DNA of 64,000 bases from a virus, in IMG/VR virus record IMGVR_UViG_3300044684_000278, positions 72,321 through 136,320 of that record; one strand, 5' to 3'. Position numbers and translations under genes: made by a program. Numbering within the stretch: position 1 is the stretch's first letter; every line of letters starts with the position of its first letter. Below, piece after piece: positions 8,110 to 15,512 of the stretch. Under the pieces are notes generated by a model that was given only the letters and a program-made list of their open reading frames with translations, did no database searches and was not told where the DNA came from.

Positions 8110-9309
8110 TTATACCACTGCTCTTGCCTTTTTGATACGTTGAGTGATCACATCACTACCCAGCTTGGACACAATAAGTCCAGCTATGGTTTCCGGATCA
8201 CGCTGATACTTGTCATTGAGGTATACAATACCCTTATTGACAAACACCCAGCTTTCACACTCTCCGGTGCGGATTTCCAGATCCTCCAGGTTAAGTACAG
8301 CCAGACATTTTCTGATCTCTGTCAAATCCCGTATTGTGGTAGGTAAAAACAGCTCATTACTGCCGTTTATCAATTCCACAAGACTTACAACCAACCCCAT
8401 ATCCAGTAATTTCTTATACCAGGATACAGGAATAGTGATAGCATCAGGACCAGAAAGACACAGTCCGCCCATTCTCTTAATAGTAGAAGTGGTAAACTCA
8501 ACACCCTGCTGGATCAGCTCAGTAAGTGCTTTAATAATACCATCAGTTGGAGTGTAATAACTTTCAATATATCCGTGATCATCACTGTTGATCAGGATAG
8601 CCTTCAGGATGTCAGCAGGTATTTCTCCCTCTCTTATGAATTGGGTAAGCTGTTCTGCTATTTGATCGTGAGAAGTCAACCGGTCCTCGTTGATGTAGAT
8701 ATTATCAAAAGTAATATCAAACATACCCTGGCTGCGGGACTCTCCGTTGTAACATTTAATCCCTTTACGGAATACATTGATCGGACCCTGCTGCTCTTTC
8801 AGATAAATAGCTCCATACTTGTTATAGTAATCAGGTGTGCGGTTAAAGGAGAAGAAGTTATCAAAGTTATCCATCACTCCCTGGAGCTCACCATTCATTG
8901 GAATATAAATGGTGGTGGATTCAGTGTCAGTGGGCACTGGAGTGTACTTAATAACGTCAATGTTGTGATCTCCCTCATCAATGGCATTTGATAAGATCTC
9001 TCTTACAGCCATCCAACCAGTCCACTGTGGCCCCATTTCAGAGGTAAGACTGGTACGCAGGCCATCCACAGTGATTACTTTAACAGGTTTGTCTCTGTGC
9101 AGTACAACCTCAAAATCAATTTTGATCTCTTTGTTACCTGAGTAGATAACAGGAGTACAGTCGTTACGTGTCAGCCAGGCTAATGCATACTTCCATCCAG
9201 ATCCGAACATACCTATTTTACCGGTCTGTTCTCTTTTGGTAGAGCTACCAATTAGCATTAAGTCTTCTGCTACAATAAGTCCTTTGTTGGTGATTCTTAA
9301 AAAGTTCAT
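8110..9309 (-). CDS. GHKL/HATPase-like ATPase
   Basis: IGMFGSGWK glycine box and REILSNAIDEG N-box. Confidence 0.65.
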   Translation of the reverse strand: MNFLRITNKGLIVAEDLMLIGSSTKREQTGKIGMFGSGWKYALAWLTRNDCTPVIYSGNKEIKIDFEVVLHRDKPVKVITVDGLRTSLTSEMGPQWTGWMAVREILSNAIDEGDHNIDVIKYTPVPTDTESTTIYIPMNGELQGVMDNFDNFFSFNRTPDYYNKYGAIYLKEQQGPINVFRKGIKCYNGESRSQGMFDITFDNIYINEDRLTSHDQIAEQLTQFIREGEIPADILKAILINSDDHGYIESYYTPTDGIIKALTELIQQGVEFTTSTIKRMGGLCLSGPDAITIPVSWYKKLLDMGLVVSLVELINGSNELFLPTTIRDLTEIRKCLAVLNLEDLEIRTGECESWVFVNKGIVYLNDKYQRDPETIAGLIVSKLGSDVITQRIKKARAVV

Positions 9310-9499
9310 GTTTTAATGTGTTTATGAGTTTGAGCGGTGCTATGACCCTAAACCTGGTGGAAACCAGACCTAACAGCAGCTTATAGCCCTGTTATGCACT
9401 CCTGTAATGAAAAAGCCAGAGAATTAACTCTGGCCGTGGATCCTTTCTTACTCCAGGATATAGAGCTATACAGAGGAATCAATCCCCTGTATAGAGTAA

Positions 9500-9715
9500 T
9501 TACTCCTTACACTGTATAATAATAACAGGAGGCATTGCTTCACCCTGTGCAGTGTAATAAAATCCTTTAGAGAGACAATCCAGATGAACTGGTATTGCTT
9601 GCATATTGTTGCCATCCTGTGTACCTGCTATTGGTATCAGTACAGAATCAGTTTCTGATCTGCTACCACAAACAGGACAGTTTTTGTGGTCTTGAGGAAA
9701 AGGGAATACTTTCAT
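9500..9715 (-). CDS. small Zn-binding-like protein
   Basis: CPVC...HLDC motif. Confidence 0.6.
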   Translation of the reverse strand: MKVFPFPQDHKNCPVCGSRSETDSVLIPIAGTQDGNNMQAIPVHLDCLSKGFYYTAQGEAMPPVIIIQCKE

Positions 9716-9938
9716 AGTTATAGCTATTTAATCCAGTTGTGAGAGATGATATATGATGGTTTGAGTGGTTTCTGAGGGAGAGAGAAAGTGTGTGTGAGAT
9801 ATCTCCTCATGACACAGACACACACAAATCCCAAATAAATTCCAGTACTTAGTGTACTGAATCCACTAAGAAATGATTTATCATCCCATCTGAGTATCAG
9901 ATAGTTATAACAAATCATTCCCGAGCGGATAGTTTTAC

Positions 9939-10226
9939 TTAGTGTGATGAGTCTTCATCAGCAACTTTTTGATCAACTTCTTCTTTCATACCAGGTACGG
10001 TATCATGGATGTGTTTGATCAGCACATCATTGGTCGTAATGAGCATGTCCAGCTCACCAGTAATAGCATCAAACATTTTCTTTTCCTCTTCTGATACAGT
10101 AGGAGGACAGGTGATTCCTGCTCTGAGCATCTGCAATGCTTCCTGGTTTGCTTCCAGAGAAGTATACAATGCTTCAATTAAACCAGCTACTACGGCTGCA
10201 CTGTGTTGGGTTTCTGTCTGTGACAT
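9939..10226 (-). CDS. hypothetical protein
   Basis: 95 aa helical ORF. Confidence 0.6.
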   Translation of the reverse strand: MSQTETQHSAAVVAGLIEALYTSLEANQEALQMLRAGITCPPTVSEEEKKMFDAITGELDMLITTNDVLIKHIHDTVPGMKEEVDQKVADEDSSH

Positions 10227-10356
10227 GGATATATGGATTAATGAATAAGCATGATAGTTTTAAGTAGCTCACTGGTGGACCCCCAACTATACTATAGTAT
10301 ATAAAACATTGGTATAGTTAGTGGCTCATATATGAGCTACTTAAAATGATGAGTGG

Positions 10357-10689
10357 TTAGATCCTCTTGATCACAATGGCACGTTTATAATCAGTATAGC
10401 CCCTTACCGTGTCCCTGTACTCAATGAGAATAGTCGTATCATGAGTTACTTCACAAGGCTCACAGAGTTTATACTCACCATCATAAGAATGAGATCCCCT
10501 GCTCAGCATGATCGTGTCACCCTTATCTAAACTCTCATCACCAGCATTAAAAGTCATGACAGTGTTGTCCTTCATCTTAAGCTTTACTTTGTTATTACTG
10601 CAAGAGGCAAGTGATGCCAGCATACCCATTAACAGTACCCAGAATACAATCCTGGCTACAGTACGGTCTGATAATTCTGTTTGTTTCAT
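10357..10689 (-). CDS. putative lipoprotein
   Basis: Hydrophobic stretch ending LASLAS-C (lipobox-like). Confidence 0.6.
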   Translation of the reverse strand: MKQTELSDRTVARIVFWVLLMGMLASLASCSNNKVKLKMKDNTVMTFNAGDESLDKGDTIMLSRGSHSYDGEYKLCEPCEVTHDTTILIEYRDTVRGYTDYKRAIVIKRI

Positions 10690-10819
10690 GGTCGGTTTAT
10701 TGTGGATGGTTTAAAAATCTATTCATGACTAATCTGCTGATGGGTGATACATGATCCCACCAGCAGATTTAGTTTACTGATTGATGATAATGACTTGACT
10801 GAAAAAAGCAAATGGACTA

Positions 10820-11122
10820 TTATATAGTCCAGATGCTTTTACGTTTAGAAGGATCCTGAATCCAGTAAGCCTGGTCACGCTCTGACCATTGAAGCTGCAT
10901 TCCGGGCTTCACACGCAGTGTTTCATCATCAACGGGCTCAATGACCTCATCCATGGTCTTCTGGAAGAATGTTACGATTCTGCCATCAGACAGTTTAGCC
11001 TTGAAGCCCACGTTGCCATTCTGGAATGGCTGAGCTTTAACATCAGATACTTTGAATGATAGGTCTGCCAGTTGTTTCAGAGCTTCTGCTCCAGCTGCTT
11101 TAAGAAATTCTAATGCTTTCAT
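10820..11122 (-). CDS. hypothetical protein (first gene of the leftward block)
   Basis: Likely start MKALEFL at 11122; long hairpin downstream at ~10728-10773. Confidence 0.65.
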   Translation of the reverse strand: MKALEFLKAAGAEALKQLADLSFKVSDVKAQPFQNGNVGFKAKLSDGRIVTFFQKTMDEVIEPVDDETLRVKPGMQLQWSERDQAYWIQDPSKRKSIWTI

Positions 11123-11315
11123 TTTTAAGATTTTTAAGATTATGATGGGGGTAACCCCCTTGCCAGGATGAAGGCGGGGGTGGTTTGGTGGGCACTCCAT
11201 CACACATCACAACACAGATCCAAAAAATATGGGGGAAAAAAATTTGCAGAAGTGGTTTCACTATGCCTATATTAGCCTATGTCGGACGGCAATTCACAAC
11301 TCTTGACTTCTTACC

Positions 11316-11353
11316 AGACCCGGAGAGATATAACTTCACCGGGTTTCTTTTTT
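11316..11353 (+). terminator. intrinsic terminator
   Basis: AGACCCGG...CCGGGTTT followed by CTTTTTT. Confidence 0.55.
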
Positions 11354-11455
11354 AAGCAAATCCCCTTATCTCCCAGGCTTTAACACGTAAAGTATTTACC
11401 AGATCCCGTATATTTAACCTTCATCACTTTCTTTGCACCCATAAACCAACGTACT

Positions 11456-12094
11456 ATGAACAAAGTGAGCAAGGACTACTATGCTCTGAATCTGACAGAC
11501 AAGCAGACAGACCGTCTGATCACAAAAGTAGAAGCAGACATCACAATACTCATGCAGGAGATCTCCACAAAGACCGGCCCACTCCGGGAGGCAGAGCAGT
11601 ATTACATGGAATTAAAGCGGGAACATGATGCTATCCAGGATGAGCTCAATGACTCCAAATCCTTACTGGAGGCTCTGACCCGGTTCAAGACCAATGCCAG
11701 GGGAAGTAAGGAGATCCGGGTGTTGAGAACTACTTCCGTGACGGAGAGCAAAGAGAAAAAACGCAGGCATTTCAAGTGGATCCAGATGGCTATAGAAGTG
11801 CTGACCAAAGAAGACAAGTACATGAGCCATGAAGAGCTCTGGAAGAAAATGCTCACATCCTTCCCGGAGATTGAGAAAGCCTTTAACGGGGACAAGCAGA
11901 AACTCAACCAGGTAAAGAACACCACCTTCCATAATTTCAACAGGGCCTGTGAGGAATCCAGGAAGAATAACTCCGGGAAGCTAATTGACTACCAGAAGAA
12001 GATCGGACTCTTTGGCTGGACCCTGGATAACCTGGCTCCGGATCCCCAGCACATTAAAGAGTTCATGCACGGAGGTATGAGAGCAGCCGTGTAA
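11456..12094 (+). CDS. hypothetical protein (coiled coil plus possible winged helix)
   Basis: 212 aa; heptad region, then WIQMAIEVLTKEDKYMSHEELW. Confidence 0.65.
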   Translation: MNKVSKDYYALNLTDKQTDRLITKVEADITILMQEISTKTGPLREAEQYYMELKREHDAIQDELNDSKSLLEALTRFKTNARGSKEIRVLRTTSVTESKEKKRRHFKWIQMAIEVLTKEDKYMSHEELWKKMLTSFPEIEKAFNGDKQKLNQVKNTTFHNFNRACEESRKNNSGKLIDYQKKIGLFGWTLDNLAPDPQHIKEFMHGGMRAAV

Positions 12095-12112
12095 AAAATA
12101 CTTTGCAGTTCC

Positions 12113-12140
12113 TAAACTTTTTAGTATATTATTAGTAGGA
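12113..12140 (+). promoter_or_regulatory. putative phage-specific promoter (TATATTAT..GTAG motif)
   Basis: TAAACTTTTTAGTATATTATTAGTAGG; the motif recurs before several operons. Confidence 0.5.
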
Positions 12141-12200
12141 TCAGTAAGCAATGGAGCTTCTGATTATTGCAGCAGGAACTGGCTAAGCAGTTTACACGTT

Positions 12201-12692
12201 ATGAAAACTACAGAATTAACAGGATACCGTATCCTGTCTTTCGTAGATCCACAATCAGGATCTTCTGAGAATATCTCAAACTTTCGGCCTTATGCAATCC
12301 AAAGGGATTCAGATGGTGAGATCTTCACAATAGGTGACAGGTTCATTAACAAAAATGTGAAGCCTGGAACAAAGGCTCCTCATGGAGAGATTACCGGGTT
12401 TGAACTGCTGGAAGGCACAGTATTCATTAGACATACCTGGTCAGGAATAGGATTTTCTTTGAACAGTATAGAAAAAGACATCACCCTTCCCTCCAGGTTT
12501 CAGATTAATGACAAGGTTGTCTTTATCATACAGGGAAAGGATTCCAATTTTGGCTGTTTTGATGCAGTAGTAAAAGGGGTTCATTTCTATAAAGGAAAAG
12601 TAAAGTATGACCTGGAACTGCAGTTTGGACAAGACGATTTCACCAGGATCTATAATATTGATTCCTGTTTTGTGGAGCCTATAAAAAATTAA
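12201..12692 (+). CDS. hypothetical protein (tandem SH3-like modules)
   Basis: 163 aa with FTIGD and FQIND module starts. Confidence 0.65.
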   Translation: MKTTELTGYRILSFVDPQSGSSENISNFRPYAIQRDSDGEIFTIGDRFINKNVKPGTKAPHGEITGFELLEGTVFIRHTWSGIGFSLNSIEKDITLPSRFQINDKVVFIIQGKDSNFGCFDAVVKGVHFYKGKVKYDLELQFGQDDFTRIYNIDSCFVEPIKN

Positions 12693-12735
12693 TACAGTCC
12701 CTGGAATTTTCTAAAATAATTAGCATATTTGCATC

Positions 12736-12813
12736 ATGATTTTTAACAACCCATTTCATCAGCAGCCCAACTTCTGGAATCCCTTCCAGGGGCCTGGAGA
12801 TGGTATGTGGTAA
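12736..12813 (+). CDS. putative attenuator leader peptide (25 aa)
   Basis: ATG..TAA reads MIFNNPFHQQPNFWNPFQGPGDGMW; follows CATATTTG, a near match to the Bacteroidota -7 element TAnnTTTG. Confidence 0.7.
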   Translation: MIFNNPFHQQPNFWNPFQGPGDGMW

Positions 12814-12841
12814 TCAAGACAAATAAACATATTCATTAACT

Positions 12842-12880
12842 GAGCTCCTGGAATGCAAACCCCCAGGAGCTTTTTTATTT
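12842..12880 (+). terminator. intrinsic terminator/attenuator immediately before the tRNA array
   Basis: GAGCTCCTGG / CCAGGAGCTT stem followed by a T-rich tract; 5' arm also pairs with 12784-12793. Confidence 0.8.
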
Positions 12881-12881
12881 T

Positions 12882-12954
12882 CTGGATGTAGTGAAGTTGG
12901 TATCATGCCTGGTTTGGGACCAGGAGACCGCAAGTTCGAGTCTTGCCATCCAGA
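12882..12954 (+). tRNA. tRNA-Pro(UGG)
   Basis: CTGGATG/CATCCAG acceptor; CCTGG-TTTGGGA-CCAGG; TTCGAGT T-loop. Confidence 0.9.
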
Positions 12955-12961
12955 CTATTAC

Positions 12962-13036
12962 GGGACCTTAGCTCAGAGGTAGAGCAGCACCCTGTTAAGG
13001 TGATGGTCACAGGTTCAATCCCTGTAGGTCCCGCCA
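12962..13036 (+). tRNA. tRNA-Asn(GUU)
   Basis: GGGACCT/AGGTCCC; loop CTGTTAA; encoded CCA. Confidence 0.9.
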
Positions 13037-13039
13037 TAT

Positions 13040-13111
13040 TTTCCTGTAGTGTAGCTGGCAACACAAGAGATTTTGGCTCTCTTATCACTGGTTCGAACCC
13101 AGTCAGGAAAT
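13040..13111 (+). tRNA. tRNA-Gln(UUG)
   Basis: TTTCCTG/CAGGAAA; AGAGA-TTTTGGC-TCTCT. Confidence 0.88.
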
Positions 13112-13113
13112 CT

Positions 13114-13189
13114 GTGTCTGTAGCTTAATTGGTAGAGCACTGGTTTGTGGCACCAGCAGGTACGGGTTCAACTCCCGTCAGACACCCCA
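13114..13189 (+). tRNA. tRNA-His(GUG)
   Basis: GTGTCTG/CAGACAC, C73, CCA; CTGGT-TTGTGGC-ACCAG. Confidence 0.9.
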
Positions 13190-13190
13190 T

Positions 13191-13263
13191 ATCCGTGTAG
13201 CTCAATTGGTAGAGCAGCGGTCTCCAAAACCGTGTGTTGGTGGTTCGAATCCATCCATGGGTG
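13191..13263 (+). tRNA. tRNA-Trp(CCA)
   Basis: ATCCGTG/CATGGGT; GCGGT-CTCCAAA-ACCGT. Confidence 0.88.
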
Positions 13264-13268
13264 CATCA

Positions 13269-13339
13269 GCCTTCTTCGTCCAATGGTAGGACTACGCACT
13301 TGTAATGCGTGTATGCTGGTTCGAGTCCGGCAGAAGGCT
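13269..13339 (+). tRNA. tRNA-Thr(UGU)
   Basis: GCCTTCT/AGAAGGC; ACGCA-CTTGTAA-TGCGT. Confidence 0.88.
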
Positions 13340-13394
13340 CCTTGATTATTCCAGGGACATGTTTTACTTTTACGCCCGTAAACCTAACGGTCCC

Positions 13395-13844
13395 ATGAAA
13401 ACGAAAATCATCCTGCTGCTTTCCCTGCTGTTTATCTCCCTGAGTTCTTACTGCCAGCTTTCCAACCTTACAGATCCGATCCGTAAAGATGAAGCTTATT
13501 GCCGGGCCCTCATGAAAAATGAAAAGGCTGCCTGGGAGGACTATGGTGAATCAGGAAAGACCGTCCATTATTCCTATCCGGATTACCTGATCACATTTAC
13601 CTTCATCAAGAACCGGTGCGTTAATGTGCGCATTGACTTCGTGGTGAACGAAGATGTTGTGGATAAAACCATGTATCATTGGCTTTATGAAAAAAACTAT
13701 GAGTCAGCCTTTGGCGGAACTTTGTGGGGCAAGATGCTGCCACAGCCTGGAAGATCAGATGCTTCATTTCCAGTAGCCGTACAAAAACTGGACAAGTCCT
13801 CCTGGTGGCTTTATGACGTGCTGTACTATTCAGACAGTCACTAA
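13395..13844 (+). CDS. secreted/periplasmic hypothetical protein
   Basis: Likely start MKTKIILLLSLLFISLSSYC-Q (Bacteroidota-type signal peptide). Confidence 0.65.
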   Translation: MKTKIILLLSLLFISLSSYCQLSNLTDPIRKDEAYCRALMKNEKAAWEDYGESGKTVHYSYPDYLITFTFIKNRCVNVRIDFVVNEDVVDKTMYHWLYEKNYESAFGGTLWGKMLPQPGRSDASFPVAVQKLDKSSWWLYDVLYYSDSH

Positions 13845-14347
13845 TGGGGCTTAGGCAACTTCCCGGTTATAATAGCTTCAATGATACCCTGTTCCGTTTT
13901 GACCAGGTAGTCATACATGATCACATTGAGCTTATTGAGTTCCTTATTAGTCCTTTTTAATCCCTCGATCACCAGCTGCTGTTCTCCAATACTTTGCCTC
14001 ATCGTTATATAAGTCTGCAGGAATGCATATGCACTTACAGGCTGGAAATGCCCGTCCTTAGCCAGCCGCACCATCTCCTGGATCCAGGGGGTCTCATCAT
14101 ACGTCAACGGGTTCACCAGGTCTATCTGGAACACCAGGTTGAATTTCTCTATAAAAGTTTCACTGATTTTTTTTGTCCCACTCATGTAAGCTGCCAAGGT
14201 TGAAGCCGATACACCTACTTTTTTTGCTATGTCTGCATTATTGCGAGCTTTCTTTTTGCGGATCAGGAAATCAACAGCCTGAGTAAGAGCTTCATGGGAG
14301 TGTACCTTGAACAGCTGGTGGTACGTTTTCACTACTTTGTCTGTCAC
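13841..14347 (-). CDS. XRE-family HTH transcriptional regulator
   Basis: NNADIAKKVGVSASTLAAYMSGTKKIS HTH; C-terminal coiled coil. Confidence 0.75.
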   Translation of the reverse strand: MTDKVVKTYHQLFKVHSHEALTQAVDFLIRKKKARNNADIAKKVGVSASTLAAYMSGTKKISETFIEKFNLVFQIDLVNPLTYDETPWIQEMVRLAKDGHFQPVSAYAFLQTYITMRQSIGEQQLVIEGLKRTNKELNKLNVIMYDYLVKTEQGIIEAIITGKLPKPH

Positions 14348-14611
14348 GGGTTACTTATTCTTTTGAGGTTTGATACAATTGTTACCAAATATACCGCTCT
14401 CCAAAACCAGTTCTACAGCAATAACAAATCTTTTAATCTGCTTTTAACCCTACCTACTTAGTAAATAATTTACCAACCTCATTTTGTGTTCCCCATAACA
14501 ATCTCTACAGCATACTTTTGCACTGCCTCGTGAAAACCAGTATTCCTATGGGACTTATAGACACTGTAGAATAAGTAGAGTTGCAACCTACCTAATTCTC
14601 TAATAAATTTG

Positions 14612-14648
14612 TAGAGTTTAAACTTTATAAGTATATTATAGTGTAGGG
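14612..14648 (+). promoter_or_regulatory. putative phage late promoter
   Basis: TAGAGTTTAAACTTTATAAGTATATTATAGTGTAGG. Confidence 0.55.
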
Positions 14649-14670
14649 AGTCCCCCTAAAACCAACTAAC

Positions 14671-15108
14671 ATGACAAAACAATCCGTACCCACTGAAGCT
14701 CCCTCAAGGGAGGATAAGATCACAGCTTTGAAAGAGCAGATCGAGCTAAAAGAATACCAGGTGAAACTGCAGGAGCTTAACACCAAGCTGGCTGTTTTCC
14801 GTGCAGATGAACTGGAAGCCTTTGCTAAAATTGCCCACTATTCCAAAAGTGCCCAGCCGGGACAGGGTGACGTGGTAGAACATACCGTCACAGAAGCAGA
14901 CCTCCAGAACAACCCTGAGATGATCGAGATGGGCATCAAAGTGGGTGACAGGATAGGCATACCTACTGCAGCCTATGACGCTTTCCTGAATAAAGTTGAC
15001 CAGACAGGTCAGGACCTCCAAAAAGAATACATCAGTGAAGAAGCCAAAGCCGAAGCCACTGAAAAAGTTGAGGCCACTGAGCGCAAGCTGAAGGTGGTCA
15101 AAGACTAA
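14671..15108 (+). CDS. hypothetical protein
   Basis: 145 aa; coiled coil plus HTVTEADLQNNPE...GIKVGD motif. Confidence 0.7.
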   Translation: MTKQSVPTEAPSREDKITALKEQIELKEYQVKLQELNTKLAVFRADELEAFAKIAHYSKSAQPGQGDVVEHTVTEADLQNNPEMIEMGIKVGDRIGIPTAAYDAFLNKVDQTGQDLQKEYISEEAKAEATEKVEATERKLKVVKD

Positions 15109-15205
15109 AGAGCTTTCCCGGAGCCAGGGGGAAACAACCAACTGAGCATGTTTAAAGGAGTTAAGGATTAAACAGATACTTATCTCCTGGTTACCGGGAA
15201 AATAC

Positions 15206-15361
15206 TGTAGGGTGGTGAAATTGGCAGACACACCGGATTGTCTATCCGGCATTTGATACACAGTGCGTTCTTTAAAAGCTATCATCCATTAATATGCATT
15301 TGTTGTTTTATTCCCTCTCCCTGTATCAAATATGCTGGTTCGAGTCCAGCCCCTACAGCCA
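15206..15361 (+). ncRNA. tRNA-like RNA with a giant (~80 nt) variable arm
   Basis: TGTAGGG/CCCTACA + G + CCA; Leu-type D-arm GTGAAATTGGCAGACAC; CCGGA-TTGTCTA-TCCGG; V-arm closed by ATTTGATACA/TGTATCAAAT; T-arm GCTGG-TTCGAGT-CCAGC. Confidence 0.75.
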
Positions 15362-15415
15362 AAGCGGATCAAACGTGTAGTAACCGCAGGAGTCCGGACT
15401 CCACTACACTCAAAT

Positions 15416-15487
15416 AGCGGGGTAGAGCAGCGGTAGCTCGTGGGTCTCATAATCCCAAGGTCGTGAGTTCGAATCTCACCCCCGCTA
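15416..15487 (+). tRNA. tRNA-Met(CAU), initiator-like
   Basis: AGCGGGG/CCCCGCT; GAGC/GCTC D-stem; three G-C pairs in anticodon stem; loop CTCATAA. Confidence 0.88.
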
Positions 15488-15512
15488 CACCAAACCAAGA
15501 ACCAATGACGTA

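Noticed and set aside
9724-9918. 64-aa minus-strand ORF over GA/GT/CA dinucleotide runs
   Set aside because: TTG start and low-complexity sequence; no support as a gene.
12903-13345. ORFs 12903..13088, 12943..13128, 13145..13345 and the 5' extension of 13305..13844
   Set aside because: They are shadows of the tRNA genes.
15206-15361. tmRNA or group I intron interpretation
   Set aside because: No Ala G3-U70 identity, no tag ORF, far too short, and no P/Q/R/S core.
15364-15410. Canonical HDV-like theta ribozyme
   Set aside because: It lacks P3/L3 and P1.1; kept only as an unclassified pseudoknot.
15289-15498. 69-aa minus-strand ORF
   Set aside because: It is the antisense of tRNA-Met and the tRNA-like RNA.
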